A stretch of DNA of 64,000 nt from Halobacteriales archaeon QS_4_70_19 (GCA_003020985.1 PXRM01000025.1:15830-79829); one strand, 5' to 3'; positions 49,861-61,102 are shown, counted from the stretch's first letter. Notes: generated by a model from the sequence alone, not told the origin. Numbers and translations: made by a program.

Positions 49861-50469
49861 ATGCGACGGCTCCGCATCGCCGCCGCGGTGGCGGCCCTCG
49901 TCGCCATCCACTCGTGGCACGCCCTCCTCCGCATCGCCCGCCGATCGGACCGGCCCGGATCACACGGGTCCGCGGACGCGGCCAGCACTGCCGACGCCCC
50001 CGACGATGCCGACCAGAGTGCGACGGTCGTCGAGCACGAACGCGGCTGGTACGACTACCTCCGCGGGTTCCACGCCCACCACGGCGACCCCGAGTCGGAC
50101 GGCGTCCCGGCGGCACCCGGAGATGGCCCCGAACACGGGGACCTCTGGCACGGGCTGGACGCCTGGTGGCAGTCGAACTGCCTCCGCGGGTACACCCTCG
50201 GCGACGACGTGTACGTCTGCCCCGGGACGCCACGCCCCGTCCGGGTACACCAGGCCGGACACGCGCCCTCGTTCGGGAGCGAGTTCCCGACGCTCGCCCG
50301 CGAACGCCGCGAGCACGGTGGCCTCCCGGACGAACCGCTGCGGACGCTGGACGTGATGCTCCCCGGCCGGTTCCCCCACACCTGCTGCCGGCTCCGCGAC
50401 CAGCGTGGGCTGGGCGAGACGTACGCCGACTGGCTCCGAGAGGGTCGCATCCGTCGCCTGCCGGGCTGA
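49861..50469 (+). CDS. hypothetical protein
   Basis: Hydrophobic N-terminus and a His-rich segment (HQAGH); no family recognised. Confidence 0.5.
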   Translation: MRRLRIAAAVAALVAIHSWHALLRIARRSDRPGSHGSADAASTADAPDDADQSATVVEHERGWYDYLRGFHAHHGDPESDGVPAAPGDGPEHGDLWHGLDAWWQSNCLRGYTLGDDVYVCPGTPRPVRVHQAGHAPSFGSEFPTLARERREHGGLPDEPLRTLDVMLPGRFPHTCCRLRDQRGLGETYADWLREGRIRRLPG

Positions 50470-50549
50470 CGGCCCGCCACCGACGGGGGTCCCGTGCCCG
50501 CCGCCTGCAACCCGCAACCGTTTCAAGTGGCCCGCCGAACCGTCGCCCG

Positions 50550-51059
50550 ATGACCGAGGCGGACCTGACAGACGAGGAGCGCGAGCGACTGGACGACGTG
50601 GTCGCGCTCCAGCCCACGAAGAACTCGGAACTCGCGGACCGATGGGGGCTGGAGGGCGGGAGCGAGGTCCACGCCTACCTCGAGGAGCACCTGAAACCGT
50701 ACTACTACCGGAACGAGGACAGCCTCATCTGCGCCACCGACGAGGCCGCCGCCATCGCGGGGGTCGACCCCGGTGTCGAGGACGACGGGAACGGCGGCCG
50801 CGTCGTCCGCGTCCCCGACGTGCAGTACCACGTCCTCCGGGTCCTCACGGACCACGATGCCGAGCCCCGGAGCGTCGTCGGCGTCCTCCAGGCCGTCCGG
50901 GGTCTCGACGAGGGCCTCGACCCCGACAACGACGCGATCCGCGAGGCGCTCCGCTCGCTCGCCAACAAGGGCGTCGTCGAGAAGGTCCAGCTGACCGTCC
51001 CCACCTACCGGCTGGCGCTCCCGCGTGCCGACCTGACCGTGGAGCGACTGGACGACTGA
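50550..51059 (+). CDS. DUF5797 family protein
   Basis: LDDVVALQPTKNSELADRWGLEGGSEVHAYLE..YYYRNEDSLI. Confidence 0.8.
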   Translation: MTEADLTDEERERLDDVVALQPTKNSELADRWGLEGGSEVHAYLEEHLKPYYYRNEDSLICATDEAAAIAGVDPGVEDDGNGGRVVRVPDVQYHVLRVLTDHDAEPRSVVGVLQAVRGLDEGLDPDNDAIREALRSLANKGVVEKVQLTVPTYRLALPRADLTVERLDD

Positions 51060-51172
51060 GCGCGGACAGCCCACTCGTAGCCGGGCGGCCCCGCTCGACC
51101 CGTATTATCAGATAACGGTGGGAGTATAGTTTTTATCAGTCTATTTCGAACTGAAAGGTCCTGGTTATCTCG

Positions 51173-52492
51173 TTATTCGCCACGTAACTGGTCCATGTGG
51201 TCGATCCGCGACTGGACCAGGTCCGCCGTGCCGATGTCGTGGCGGACGCGGAGCCCCTCCTCGCCGGCCTCGGCCAGCGCCGCCTCGGCGAGTTCCTCGG
51301 CCGCCGCGATGGAGTCGGCCACTCCCACGACGGCGAACGACCGGGAGGTGGTGGTGAGGACGGCGCCGTCGTCGCGAGCGTTGACGCTGGCGTAGAACAG
51401 CCGGGCGCCGACCTCGGCCGCCGACGCCTCGTCGATGCGGACCTCGGCACCGGCCTCGGGGTCGGTCGGGTAGCCCGCGGGGACGGCGTACTTGCAGACG
51501 GTCGCCTGCGAGTCGAAGGCCAGTTCCGGGAGTGCCGTGCCGCTGCGGGCCGCCCGGAGCAGTTCGACGAAGTCCGTCCGGAGGACGGGCAGCGTGTTCA
51601 TCGCCTCGGGGTCGCCGAAGCGGGCGTTGAACTCGACCACCTTCGGTCCCTCGGCGGTGAGCATGAACTGCCCGTAGAGGATGCCCTTGTAGTCGGGCAG
51701 CGCCTCGACGACGGCCTCGATGACCTCGACGGCGGCGTCGTAGTCGTCCTCGGTCATGAACGGGAGCTCGAACGTCGCGTCCGTGTACGAGCCCATGCCG
51801 CCGGTGTTGGGCCCCTCGTCGCCCTCGTAGGCGCGCTTGTGGTCCTGCACGGCGGGCGACGTGCGGACGGAGCCGTTCGCGACGAACGCCTGGACGGTGA
51901 ACTCCTCGCCGACCAGCCGCTCCTCGACGACCCACTCCCCGTAGTCGGACTCGCGGACGTAGTCGACGGCCTCGGACCGGGTGAGCTGGTCGCCCGTCAC
52001 CCGGACTCCCTTACCGCCGGTGAGCCCGCGGGGCTTGACCGCCACGTCGTGGTCGACGGAGGCGACGTAGTCCGCGGCGGCGTCCGCGTCCTCGAACGCC
52101 TCGAACGCCGGACAGCCGGGGATGGCCTCGTCCCGCATGAACTCCCGCTGGAAGCGCTTGTCCGTCTCGATGCGGGCCTCGTCGGCCTTCGGCGCGAAGG
52201 CGTAGATGCCGGCCTCGTCGAGCGCGTCCGTGACACCCGCCTGGAGCGGCGCCTCCGGCCCGACGACGGCCAGCGTGGCGCCCACGTCCTCGGCGGCCGC
52301 CACCACGGCCCCGGGGTCGGTCTCGGACTCGACGACGACGTACTCCTCGGCCAGCCGGTCGATGCCGGGGTTGCGGTTCGACGCACAGGCGTACAGCGAC
52401 GCGTCCTCCGCGCGGTCGACGGCCCGTGCGACGGCGTGCTCCCGGCCGCCCCCGCCCACCAGCAGCACCCGCTCGTGTTCGCTCGTGCTCAT
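51173..52492 (-). CDS. purD: phosphoribosylamine-glycine ligase
   Basis: GGGGREHA, VVGPEAPL, GGKGV, QDHKRAYEGDEGPNTGGMG, EFNARFGDPE. Confidence 0.96.
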   Translation of the reverse strand: MSTSEHERVLLVGGGGREHAVARAVDRAEDASLYACASNRNPGIDRLAEEYVVVESETDPGAVVAAAEDVGATLAVVGPEAPLQAGVTDALDEAGIYAFAPKADEARIETDKRFQREFMRDEAIPGCPAFEAFEDADAAADYVASVDHDVAVKPRGLTGGKGVRVTGDQLTRSEAVDYVRESDYGEWVVEERLVGEEFTVQAFVANGSVRTSPAVQDHKRAYEGDEGPNTGGMGSYTDATFELPFMTEDDYDAAVEVIEAVVEALPDYKGILYGQFMLTAEGPKVVEFNARFGDPEAMNTLPVLRTDFVELLRAARSGTALPELAFDSQATVCKYAVPAGYPTDPEAGAEVRIDEASAAEVGARLFYASVNARDDGAVLTTTSRSFAVVGVADSIAAAEELAEAALAEAGEEGLRVRHDIGTADLVQSRIDHMDQLRGE

Positions 52493-52589
52493 ACACGAAT
52501 CGGGGCGCGGGTCCCCCCTAAGGGTTGCTTTCCCCACGTGGCGGGCCCGGAGAGCACGGGCGTCCCCGGAGGGGTCCCGTCGACCTCTC

Positions 52590-53448
52590 TCAGGCGCGCT
52601 CGCCGGTCACGCCCGAGTCCGGCACCTCCACCTGAATGCTGAGGTCGTGCGGGTGGTAGCCGGAGAGCCACTCGAAGGTGAGTTCCAGGGCACGCCGACT
52701 GGTCCGGACGCCGTCGTGGCCGGTCTCCAGCGCGACGTTGATAGCGCCCGCCAGTTCGGGGCTCTCCGGGCAGCCCCAGAACAGGGGGTCCTCGGTCCCC
52801 CGGAGGGTGTAGCGCCAGGGGGTGGTCGTCCCGCCGGTCGTAGTCGTCCCGGAGGAACGGGGTCATCTTGTAGGTCCCGTCCTGCATCCCGGCGGTGGCG
52901 GCCCACCTGTTCAGGACGCTCCCGTGGTTGGCGCCGGCGAGGCCGACGACGGTCTCGACGCGGTCGTGGGCGTCGTACTCCGAGAGCCACCAGCGGATGC
53001 CGGTCACGCCGAGGCTGTGGCCGACGAGTGCCACCTCGTCGGCACCCGTCTCCCGGCGGACCCTGTCCACGAAGACCTCCAGCGTCGCCGCCATCTCGGG
53101 GTGGCTGGGGCTCCCGTCCCGGAAGGAGAGCGCCCAGAGTTCGTCGCCCCGGTACCGCCGCTTCAGGAAGAACTCGGCGTGAGCCTCCCAGTCGCAGGCG
53201 TCGCGCTGGTTGCCGTGGACGAACACCACCGGTGTCCGCTCCGTCCCCGCTGCCGTCCCGTGGCACTCGTGTCCGCCCCAGCCACCGTACAGGCCACCAC
53301 TGTCCCAGGGGAGCCGGGAGTCGTCCACCCTGTCGCGTTCGCAGGCCACCGCACAGCCGCCGTGGCGACGCGCCCGGCGGAGTCCCCGCAGGTTCGACCG
53401 CAGAGCCGCGGAGAACGGCCACCCGTGTGAAGAGTTGCCAAGAGACAT
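52590..53448 (-). pseudogene. lipase-like alpha/beta hydrolase with a short deletion/frameshift at ~52812
   Basis: PVVFVHGN, GHSLG and AGANHG, then YTLRGTEDPLF..GHDGVR (likely catalytic Asp/His) in another frame. Confidence 0.8.
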
Positions 53449-53556
53449 AGCGTGTCACGTGAACCGGACTGGCATATACCTTCCGCCGACCACATGACGG
53501 CGGGCCCGTGATTCCGCCCGGCGAACGCTTATGCCGTTCGTCGCCCTCCCGGGTGC

Positions 53557-53736
53557 ATGGGCTTTTTCAGCGAGGTCGGTCGTCAGGTCGAGCAGTTCAA
53601 GCAGACCGCCAGCGCCGTGGCAGCCGACAACGCCGACTACTGGTGTCGGACCTGCGAGTCGCGGTTCCAGACCGACCACGACGAGTGCCCGGAGTGCGGC
53701 GCGGCGACGGTCGAGGCCAGGCCCGACGCGGAGTGA
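53557..53736 (+). CDS. small CPxCG zinc-finger protein (59 aa)
   Basis: MGFFSEVGRQVEQFKQTA..YWCRTCESRFQTDHDECPECGA; below the ORF-track cutoff. Confidence 0.8.
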   Translation: MGFFSEVGRQVEQFKQTASAVAADNADYWCRTCESRFQTDHDECPECGAATVEARPDAE

Positions 53737-53800
53737 ACCACCCGGGCGGCATCGTCCGCCGGTCCGCCGTCGAGACCGCTGTCGAGCAGCCTGCCCGCGC

Positions 53801-56026
53801 ATGCCCACCGTCGACCGCAACCGGCTGGACGACGCCGCGTCCCCCTATCTCCAGCAGCACGCCGACAACCCCGTGAACTGGCAGCCCTGGGACGACGACG
53901 CTCTCGCGGCCGCCCGCGAGCAGGACGTCCCGGTCTTCCTCTCCGTCGGCTACTCCGCCTGCCACTGGTGTCACGTGATGGAGGAGGAGAGCTTCGAGGA
54001 CGAGGCGGTCGCCGCGGAACTCAACGAGTCGTTCGTCCCCATCAAGGTGGACCGCGAGGAGCGCCCGGACATCGACTCCCTCTACATCACCGTCTGCCGG
54101 CTCGTCCGCGGGCAGGCCGGCTGGCCCCTCTCGGTCTTCCTCACGCCGGAGGGGAAGCCGTTCTACGTGGGGACGTACTTCCCGAAGGAGGCAAAGCGCG
54201 GTCAGCCGGGGTTCCTGCGGCTACTCCGCGACGTCCGGGAGAACTGGTCCGACCCCGAGGAGCGCGAGGAGATCGAGGAGCGTGCCGAGCAGTGGGCCGC
54301 CGCGGCCCGCGGCGAACTCGAGGCGGTCCCCGACGCGCCGGACGAGCCCCCGGACGCCGACTTCCTCGACACCGCCGCCTCGTCGGCGATGCGGGCGGCC
54401 GACCGCGACCACGGCGGCTTCGGTCGCGGCCAGAAGTTCCCCCAGCCTGGCCGACTCCACCTCCTTCTGCGCGCACACGACCGCACGGGACGCGACGCGT
54501 ACCGCGCCGTCGTCGCGGAGACGCTCGACGCCATGGCGAACCGGGGTCTGTACGACCACCTCGGCGGCGGCTTCCACCGCTACTGCACGGACCGCTCCTG
54601 GACGGTCCCACACTTCGAGAAGATGCTGTACGACAACGCCGAGATCCCGCGGGCGTTCCTCGCGGGCTACCAGGTGACCGGGGACGAGCGCTACGCCGCG
54701 GTCGTCCGCGAGACGTTCGACTTCCTCGACCGCGAACTCCGCCACCCCGACGGTGGTCTCTACGCCACGCTCGACGCCCGGAGCCCGCCGCTCGACCATC
54801 GCGCGGGTGAGGCCGGCGAGGTCGAGGAGGGTGCCTTCTACGCCTGGACGCCCGACGAGGTGCACGAGACGCTGACCGACCACGGCGACCACGACGGCGT
54901 GGACGCGGACCTCCTCTGCGATCGCTTCGGCGTCACGGCGGCGGGCAACTTCGAGGCCGGGCTCTCCGTGCTGACGCTCGCGACCCCGGTCGAGGAGCTC
55001 GTGGCCGAGTACGACCTGGACGAGGCGACGGTCCGGGACCGTCTCGACGCCGCGACAGCCACGTTGCGGACGGCTCGCGCCGACCGCCCGCGCCCGCGAC
55101 GCGACGAGAAGGTGCTCGCGGGCTGGAACGGGCTCGCCATCGCGGCTCTCGCGGAGGGCGGCCTCGTCCTGCAGGAGGACCGCTGGACGGACCTCGCGAC
55201 GGACGCGCTCGGCTTCATCCGCGAGCGGCTCTGGGACCCCGACGGGGTGCCGGCGGGCGACGCGGCAGGTGACGACGTACCCGGCCGCCTCCGTCGGCGC
55301 TGGAAGGACGGTGACGCCGGCATCGACGGGTACCTGGAGGACTACGCCTTTCTCGGGCGGGGTGCGCTGGCCTGCTACGAGGCCACCGGCGAGGTCGAAC
55401 ACCTCGCGTTCGCGCTCGACCTGGCGCGCTGCATCGAGACGGCGTTCTGGGACGACGACCGGGGCACGCTCTACTTCACGCCGGCCGGCGGCGAGTCGCT
55501 GGTCGCCCGCCCGCAGGAGCTTGGCGACTCCTCGACCCCGTCGAGCGCGGGCGTCGCCACGCGGCTGCTCGCCGACCTTGACGGGTTCGTCACCCACGAC
55601 CGCTTCGCCAGGGTGGCGCAGGGCGTCGTCGAGACGCACGCCTCGACGCTGGAGTCGGAGCCGCTGAAGCACCCCACGCTGACCCTGGCGGCCGACGACG
55701 CGGCGGTCGGCCCGCTCGAACTGACCGTCGCGGGCGACCTCCCCGCGGCGTGGCGCGAGACGCTCGCACGGACCTACCTGCCCGGACGGCTGCTCGCGCG
55801 CCGCCCCGCGACGGACGACGAACTCGGCGACTGGCTGGCGGCACTGGGGGTCTCGGAGGCGCCGCCGCTCTGGGCCGGTCGGGAGGTCCGCGACGGCGAG
55901 CCGACGGTGTACGCCTGCCGGTCGCGCACCTGCTCGCCACCCACTCACGATCTCGGCGAGGCGCTGGAGTGGGCCGCCGACCTCGCCCCAGGTTCGCAGG
56001 GGGCCGACACGGGCGACGCGGACTGA
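53801..56026 (+). CDS. thioredoxin domain-containing protein, YyaL/SSP411 family
   Basis: SPYLQQHADNPVNW, GYSACHWCHVMEEESF, PHFEKMLYDN. Confidence 0.93.
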   Translation: MPTVDRNRLDDAASPYLQQHADNPVNWQPWDDDALAAAREQDVPVFLSVGYSACHWCHVMEEESFEDEAVAAELNESFVPIKVDREERPDIDSLYITVCRLVRGQAGWPLSVFLTPEGKPFYVGTYFPKEAKRGQPGFLRLLRDVRENWSDPEEREEIEERAEQWAAAARGELEAVPDAPDEPPDADFLDTAASSAMRAADRDHGGFGRGQKFPQPGRLHLLLRAHDRTGRDAYRAVVAETLDAMANRGLYDHLGGGFHRYCTDRSWTVPHFEKMLYDNAEIPRAFLAGYQVTGDERYAAVVRETFDFLDRELRHPDGGLYATLDARSPPLDHRAGEAGEVEEGAFYAWTPDEVHETLTDHGDHDGVDADLLCDRFGVTAAGNFEAGLSVLTLATPVEELVAEYDLDEATVRDRLDAATATLRTARADRPRPRRDEKVLAGWNGLAIAALAEGGLVLQEDRWTDLATDALGFIRERLWDPDGVPAGDAAGDDVPGRLRRRWKDGDAGIDGYLEDYAFLGRGALACYEATGEVEHLAFALDLARCIETAFWDDDRGTLYFTPAGGESLVARPQELGDSSTPSSAGVATRLLADLDGFVTHDRFARVAQGVVETHASTLESEPLKHPTLTLAADDAAVGPLELTVAGDLPAAWRETLARTYLPGRLLARRPATDDELGDWLAALGVSEAPPLWAGREVRDGEPTVYACRSRTCSPPTHDLGEALEWAADLAPGSQGADTGDAD

Positions 56027-56055
56027 GGTCGATAGCGCCGCGCGGCCCGTGGGGC

Positions 56056-56640
56056 ATGGTCCTGCTCCTCTCGCTCGTAGCCGGCTGTGCGGCGCTCGAC
56101 CCGACGACGACACAGTCGCCGACGCTGACGCCGGTCCCGGTTCCGACGGCCACGCCGACCGTCACGCCACCGCCCGACACCGGTCCGGCGGGTGGGTCGT
56201 CGCCGACGCCGACGGGGAACCGCTCGCCGGCGCCGGGTGGCGTCCCGGAACCGTACTCGCGGCTGGGGACCTACCCCATCGGCCCGGTCGCCCCGCCCTG
56301 TCCGGCCGATGCGGGCCAGGGTGCGCGCCGGTACCCGCCGGCCGTCACCCACAACGCCACTGTCGGGGGGAGCTGGTCGACCGGCAGAGAGGCGGCCAGG
56401 CTCGCGGACCGGGCCGTCTCCGGGACGGACCTCGAGCCCGGCGGCGGGCTCGTGCCGGTCGACGGCAGGTACGAGCGGGTCCGGGTGACGGGCGAGACGT
56501 TCGACCCCCGGCGGCGGTGGGGGACCGAGCGGTTCGTCGTCGTCACGGCCCCCGGCAACCCCGCGCTCGACGCCATCGTGCTTGCGCCGGTCGACGGCCG
56601 GACGCGTATCGAGCTGTACTACGTCGAGGGGTTCTGCTGA
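56056..56640 (+). CDS. putative lipoprotein
   Basis: LSLVAGC lipobox followed by a TP-rich linker; the signal peptide looks truncated. Confidence 0.6.
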   Translation: MVLLLSLVAGCAALDPTTTQSPTLTPVPVPTATPTVTPPPDTGPAGGSSPTPTGNRSPAPGGVPEPYSRLGTYPIGPVAPPCPADAGQGARRYPPAVTHNATVGGSWSTGREAARLADRAVSGTDLEPGGGLVPVDGRYERVRVTGETFDPRRRWGTERFVVVTAPGNPALDAIVLAPVDGRTRIELYYVEGFC

Positions 56641-56685
56641 ACGTGGCGAACTACCGGATAATCGGGATTCCGGGTGAGACAGCCG

Positions 56686-57120
56686 TCAGACATCTCGATC
56701 GTCGAACTGCTCGGCGAGATAGACGGCGATGGGGGCGCGCTCCTCCTCGACGAACCGGGCGAGTTCCTCGGCCACCCGGTCGCCCGACGCCACGCGCTCC
56801 ACCACGACCGTCGGGATGAGTTCGATGTCGTACTCCCCGACGAGGGGCCCTGTCTTCGAGCCGTCCGCTTCCTTCTCGACGGGGTAGTGCTCGACGCGGT
56901 CGCCGGTGATGCCCGCGGCCTCCAGCGCGGCGCCGAAGTCCGGCAGCTGCTTGCGACAGTCCTTGCACCAGTCGCCGCCCCAGACCTTCACAACGACGTC
57001 GTCGGGGAGCGACGCGAACGTGTCCACGGCGTCGGCGTAGGACGTCTCGTCCCACGCCGGGTTGGGGCGCATCGTCTCCAGTCGGGCCGCGTCGGTGTCC
57101 TCGTTGCGGGTGTCTGCCAT
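56686..57120 (-). CDS. thioredoxin family protein
   Basis: WGGDWCKDC and the IPT cis-Pro motif. Confidence 0.85.
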   Translation of the reverse strand: MADTRNEDTDAARLETMRPNPAWDETSYADAVDTFASLPDDVVVKVWGGDWCKDCRKQLPDFGAALEAAGITGDRVEHYPVEKEADGSKTGPLVGEYDIELIPTVVVERVASGDRVAEELARFVEEERAPIAVYLAEQFDDRDV

Positions 57121-57145
57121 GCTCCACGAGAGGGCACGGGGCGGG

Positions 57146-57571
57146 TTAAGCGACGCGCTCGCGGAGCCGCTCGGCGAGCGGGTGCCGGTGGCAGCGCTTC
57201 CCCTCGCCCTCGAAGCAGACGAGCCACACGTCCTCGCCCGCGGCGACGCGCCCGGCGAGGTCCGACAGTGCGTCGCGGGCCGCCGGATCGGCGTCGAGGT
57301 ACTCCCGGTAGCGCCGTGTGAAGTCGGTCTCCTCCCACGCCGCGTTGTGGGCACCCTCGTCGCACATCCCGCGCCGTTTCAGCTCCTCCGTCCGGTCTTT
57401 CGTCTCGTCGAGGAGCGCCTCGGGCGGCCCGAGCGCCGGCTGGTTCTCGTCGGTTTCGGCCCTGAACCAGCCCGTCGGTCGCCGGACGACGCCCACGAGT
57501 GCCGCGTCCCCGGGCTCGACGAGGTCGTGCTGGAGCGCCGCGACGTACGTCTCGTCAACGCTACCGGTCAT
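57146..57571 (-). CDS. DUF488 family protein
   Basis: [16 protein letters not shown]. Confidence 0.8.
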   Translation of the reverse strand: MTGSVDETYVAALQHDLVEPGDAALVGVVRRPTGWFRAETDENQPALGPPEALLDETKDRTEELKRRGMCDEGAHNAAWEETDFTRRYREYLDADPAARDALSDLAGRVAAGEDVWLVCFEGEGKRCHRHPLAERLRERVA

Positions 57572-57663
57572 GCCTGGGCGTCGACCTAGGGGGTGGTGAA
57601 TCTGGCGACCGTTCAGGCGGAGTGAAACCGCTCGCTACCCCGTTCCGCGGTCATTCCGTTCCG

Positions 57664-58290
57664 TTACGCGATGTCCCGGGAGGTGTCGATGGCGACCTCC
57701 TCGGACAGCTCCAGCTTGATGACGTCGTTGAGGGCGCGGCCGCCGCGGAACTTCGGCACGGCGAGCCGGTTCTCGATGTTGTCGCCGCTCTCGATGGTCT
57801 TCAGGTCGAAGACGATGTCGGACATGTGGAGCGTCGTGTCCCGGAGGTCCGGGATGGAGTAGCCGTCGAGGCAGTGGAGCAGCGCCAGCGACCCGGTGTT
57901 GTAGATGTGGTTCTGGAGCTCGTTCATGAAGTTCCGGAACCGGGCCGGCTCCTGGTTCTCGAGGATGTTCAGCGGGTCGACGATGAGGTTCGACGACTCG
58001 GGGAGGGCGGAGACCAGTTTGGCCGCGTTGTCCAGCGGCGCCTCGCCCGCCACGTCCCTGACGGTCGGGCTGCCGGTCGCCGTCGGCGAGTTGGCGATGG
58101 AGTCGCTGACGGCGTCGCCCGTCCGGTCGAGCGAGATGTAGAGCGTGCCACGGGTGGCGGTGAGTTCGTACAGGAACAGCTCGGCCTGGCTGGCCGGCTC
58201 CGCCGTGAGAGCGACGATGCTCCCGGCCGGGATGCCACCATCCAGCTTGCGGTCGAGCACCTCGATTCCTGTCCGCAGCCGGTCCGCCAT
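57664..58290 (-). CDS. RAD55/KaiC-like protein with a degenerate Walker A motif
   Basis: [34 protein letters not shown] and RLAVPKFRG. Confidence 0.82.
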   Translation of the reverse strand: MADRLRTGIEVLDRKLDGGIPAGSIVALTAEPASQAELFLYELTATRGTLYISLDRTGDAVSDSIANSPTATGSPTVRDVAGEAPLDNAAKLVSALPESSNLIVDPLNILENQEPARFRNFMNELQNHIYNTGSLALLHCLDGYSIPDLRDTTLHMSDIVFDLKTIESGDNIENRLAVPKFRGGRALNDVIKLELSEEVAIDTSRDIA

Positions 58291-58512
58291 CGTGGGGACA
58301 GTTCCCCCCACTACCGTTTAACCGTTCTGGCCGATATGTTCCGCTCCGGTTCCGCCCGAACGCGGATAAAATCGCTTCTGAAGGGTCCTATTGGGCGTTA
58401 TCGGAAACGGGATTCGCGCGAAATCTCGATCTCCGCCCCGGATATCGACGCACGTTCAAGTAGGAGCCTGGGGGTCGGGGGATTGAAGAAGGCGGGGAGC
58501 GCCCATCCGGTA

Positions 58513-59436
58513 ATGCGGCACGATCACCTCATCAGCGCCAGACAGCTCTCGCGCGGCGACGTGGAGACGGTGCTGGACCGCGCCGCCGAGTTCGACGCCG
58601 GCGAGCGCGCCGCCCGGGACGGGGACCTGCTCGGGCTCTGCTTTTTCGAGCCGTCGACGCGGACGAAGATGAGCTTCGACACCGCGATGAAGCGGCTCGG
58701 GGGCGACACCGTCGACATGGGGACCGTGGAGTCCTCGTCGGTCAAGAAGGGGGAGTCGCTCGCGGACACCGTGCGCGTCGTCGCGGGCTACGCCGACGCG
58801 CTCGTCCTCCGGCACCCGAGCGAGGGGGCCGCCAAACTCGCCAGCGAGTTCGTCGACGTGCCCGTCATCAACGCGGGCGACGGGGCCGGCCAGCACCCGA
58901 CACAGACGCTGCTCGACCTCTACACCGTCCGCGAGAACGCCGGGCTGGACGACATCACGGTCGGCATCATGGGCGACCTGAAGTACGGCCGGACGGTCCA
59001 CTCGCTGGCCGAGGCGCTCACCGAGTTCGACGCCCACCAGCACTTCATCAGCCCGGAGTCGCTGCGGCTCCCCCGGAGCGTCCGGTACGACCTCCACGAG
59101 TCGGGTGCGGAGGTGCGCGAGCACACGGACCTCGAGACGGTGCTGCCGGACCTGGACGTGCTCTACGTGACGCGCATCCAGCGCGAGCGGTTCCCGGACG
59201 AGAACGAGTACCGCCAGGTCGCCGGCGAGTACCGCATCGACGCCGAGACGCTGGAGGCCGCGAGCGACGACCTGACCGTGATGCACCCGCTCCCCCGCGT
59301 CGACGAGATCGCGCCCGACGTCGACGAGACGAAGTACGCCACCTACTTCGATCAGGCACACAACGGCGTCCCCGTGCGGATGGCGCTGCTCGATCTGATG
59401 CTCCCGGACGGAAACGGGGGAGGTGACCTCGCATGA
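58513..59436 (+). CDS. pyrB: aspartate carbamoyltransferase catalytic subunit
   Basis: [33 protein letters not shown]. Confidence 0.97.
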   Translation: MRHDHLISARQLSRGDVETVLDRAAEFDAGERAARDGDLLGLCFFEPSTRTKMSFDTAMKRLGGDTVDMGTVESSSVKKGESLADTVRVVAGYADALVLRHPSEGAAKLASEFVDVPVINAGDGAGQHPTQTLLDLYTVRENAGLDDITVGIMGDLKYGRTVHSLAEALTEFDAHQHFISPESLRLPRSVRYDLHESGAEVREHTDLETVLPDLDVLYVTRIQRERFPDENEYRQVAGEYRIDAETLEAASDDLTVMHPLPRVDEIAPDVDETKYATYFDQAHNGVPVRMALLDLMLPDGNGGGDLA

Positions 59437-59900
59437 GCGACCCGGACCAGGAACTCCGCGTCTCGAAGATCAAGAACGGGACCGTCATCGACCACATCGC
59501 CGCCAGTCAGGCGCTCAACGTGCTGGCCATCCTCGGCATCGACGGCTCCGGGGGCGAGGAGGTCTCGGTGGGGATGAACGTCCCCTCCGACCGGCTGGGC
59601 CGCAAGGACGTCCTGAAGGTCGAGGGTCGGGAGCTCAGTCCGGCCGAGGTGGACGTGCTCTCGCTCATCGCGCCCGCGGCAACCATCAACATCGTCCGCG
59701 AGTACGAGGTCGTCGAGAAGAGCCGCGTCGAGCGCCCCGACGTGGTGACGGGCATCCTCTCCTGCCCGAACGCCAACTGCATCACCACCGCCGGCGAACC
59801 CGTCGAGTCCCGCTTCGAGGTCCTCGACGACGCCGTCCGGTGTGCCTACTGCGACGCCATCCTCCGCGAAGACCTGGCCGAGCACATCGCGACGGACTGA
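59433..59900 (+). CDS. pyrI: aspartate carbamoyltransferase regulatory subunit
   Basis: [23 protein letters not shown]. Confidence 0.96.
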   Translation: MSDPDQELRVSKIKNGTVIDHIAASQALNVLAILGIDGSGGEEVSVGMNVPSDRLGRKDVLKVEGRELSPAEVDVLSLIAPAATINIVREYEVVEKSRVERPDVVTGILSCPNANCITTAGEPVESRFEVLDDAVRCAYCDAILREDLAEHIATD

Positions 59901-60036
59901 CCGCTGCCGTCGGTTCTTCGACTGTTCTCGGGGTAGTACAGCAAACAGATAGTTGAGTCGGAAAGAGTGGTGATATCTGACATCTATCGAACGTTATGGA
60001 CAAATACGCTCCGGGAGCTGTCCGCCGTCGGCCTGC

Positions 60037-60966
60037 TCACTCGGCCCCCGCGGCGAGCGCGACCAGCTCCGCCAGGCGCTCGACCGCGTCCACGGCCGAC
60101 GTGCCGAAGACGTAGGTGACGGGCTCGACGCCGTAGGCACCGCGGTGGTAGACGACGGCGGGGACGGTGCCGCGCTCGGCGAAGCCGGCGGCGAAGCGGT
60201 CGCGGCCCTCCTCCCCCTCCGCGTCGATCTCCAGGGGCTCGTGGCCGGCCTCGCGGGCCGCGTCGAGGAGCCGGTCGTCGGTCGCCACGTTGAGCGCACC
60301 CCGGACCGTCGGGTCCCGTGCGGCGGCGGCGAGCAGCGCGCCCGCGACGTGCTCGCTCGCGCCGAACTCCGGGTTGGCCGGGACCATCACGCGCCCCCGG
60401 ACCGCGATGACCCGGCCCGGGACGGCCGCCACGTCGGTCGGGTCCGCGGGCTCGGGCAACGCCATCCCGACGTTCGTGCCGACGCTGGGGAGGAACGCGG
60501 CCGCCCCGGGGATATCCTGGAGCTGCCGGGTCGCCTCGCGGACGTTCGCGAGGACGCGGCGCTCCTCCGAGAGGGCCTCGTCCGCGCCGCGCACGCAGAG
60601 GTCACAGCCCAGCCCCTGCAGCGCGGGCATCTCCTCCTCGTGGACCGCACAGATGGGGCCGCGGTCCTCGAACGCCCGCACCAGCTCCAGCGTCTCGGCG
60701 AGCGCCTCGTAGCCGTCCATCGAGCCGTCGGCCAGGCTGGCGCCGATGCGTTCGACCGTCCGCCGGAACCGCTCGTCCCCCGTGAACCGCTCTTCCACCT
60801 CGGGCTCCCCGGAGAGGTAGTTGCTGACGGCGGCCTGGGTCACGCCGAGTTGCTCGGCGATCTCGGACTGCGTGAGCCCCCGCCCGGAGAGGTCCCGTGC
60901 GAGCTCGACCCGCAGTGTCGGGAGGAACCGCTCGACGACGATCTCCTCCGGCAGCACCAGCGACAT
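60037..60966 (-). CDS. thiR: HTH-ThiN thiamine-phosphate-binding regulator (ThiR-like)
   Basis: N-terminal HTH LTQSEIAEQLGVTQAAVSNY and a ThiN domain (VGTNV..VAAVPGR..PEFGASEHVA..GAYGVEP). Confidence 0.8.
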   Translation of the reverse strand: MSLVLPEEIVVERFLPTLRVELARDLSGRGLTQSEIAEQLGVTQAAVSNYLSGEPEVEERFTGDERFRRTVERIGASLADGSMDGYEALAETLELVRAFEDRGPICAVHEEEMPALQGLGCDLCVRGADEALSEERRVLANVREATRQLQDIPGAAAFLPSVGTNVGMALPEPADPTDVAAVPGRVIAVRGRVMVPANPEFGASEHVAGALLAAAARDPTVRGALNVATDDRLLDAAREAGHEPLEIDAEGEEGRDRFAAGFAERGTVPAVVYHRGAYGVEPVTYVFGTSAVDAVERLAELVALAAGAE

Positions 60967-61102
60967 GGGCCGCGGTTCGGGACCCCGGCGCTTCAACGCA
61001 CGGGTCGGCAGCGAGGAGCACGACCCGCCGGCCCTCGCCCCTGAAACCGGCGGGTCGTCGTGAACGGCCGCGCTTATGTCGTCGCGTCCCGGACGGCCGG
61101 AC

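Noticed and set aside
57664-58290. Degenerate Walker A of the KaiC-like protein as another pseudogene
   Set aside because: The ORF is intact, and from recall this AxPxSQxE variant is typical of a conserved haloarchaeal subfamily.
58479-58488. GGGATTGAAG as another CRISPR repeat end
   Set aside because: It lacks the GAAAACCC core and sits at the TATA position of the pyrB promoter.
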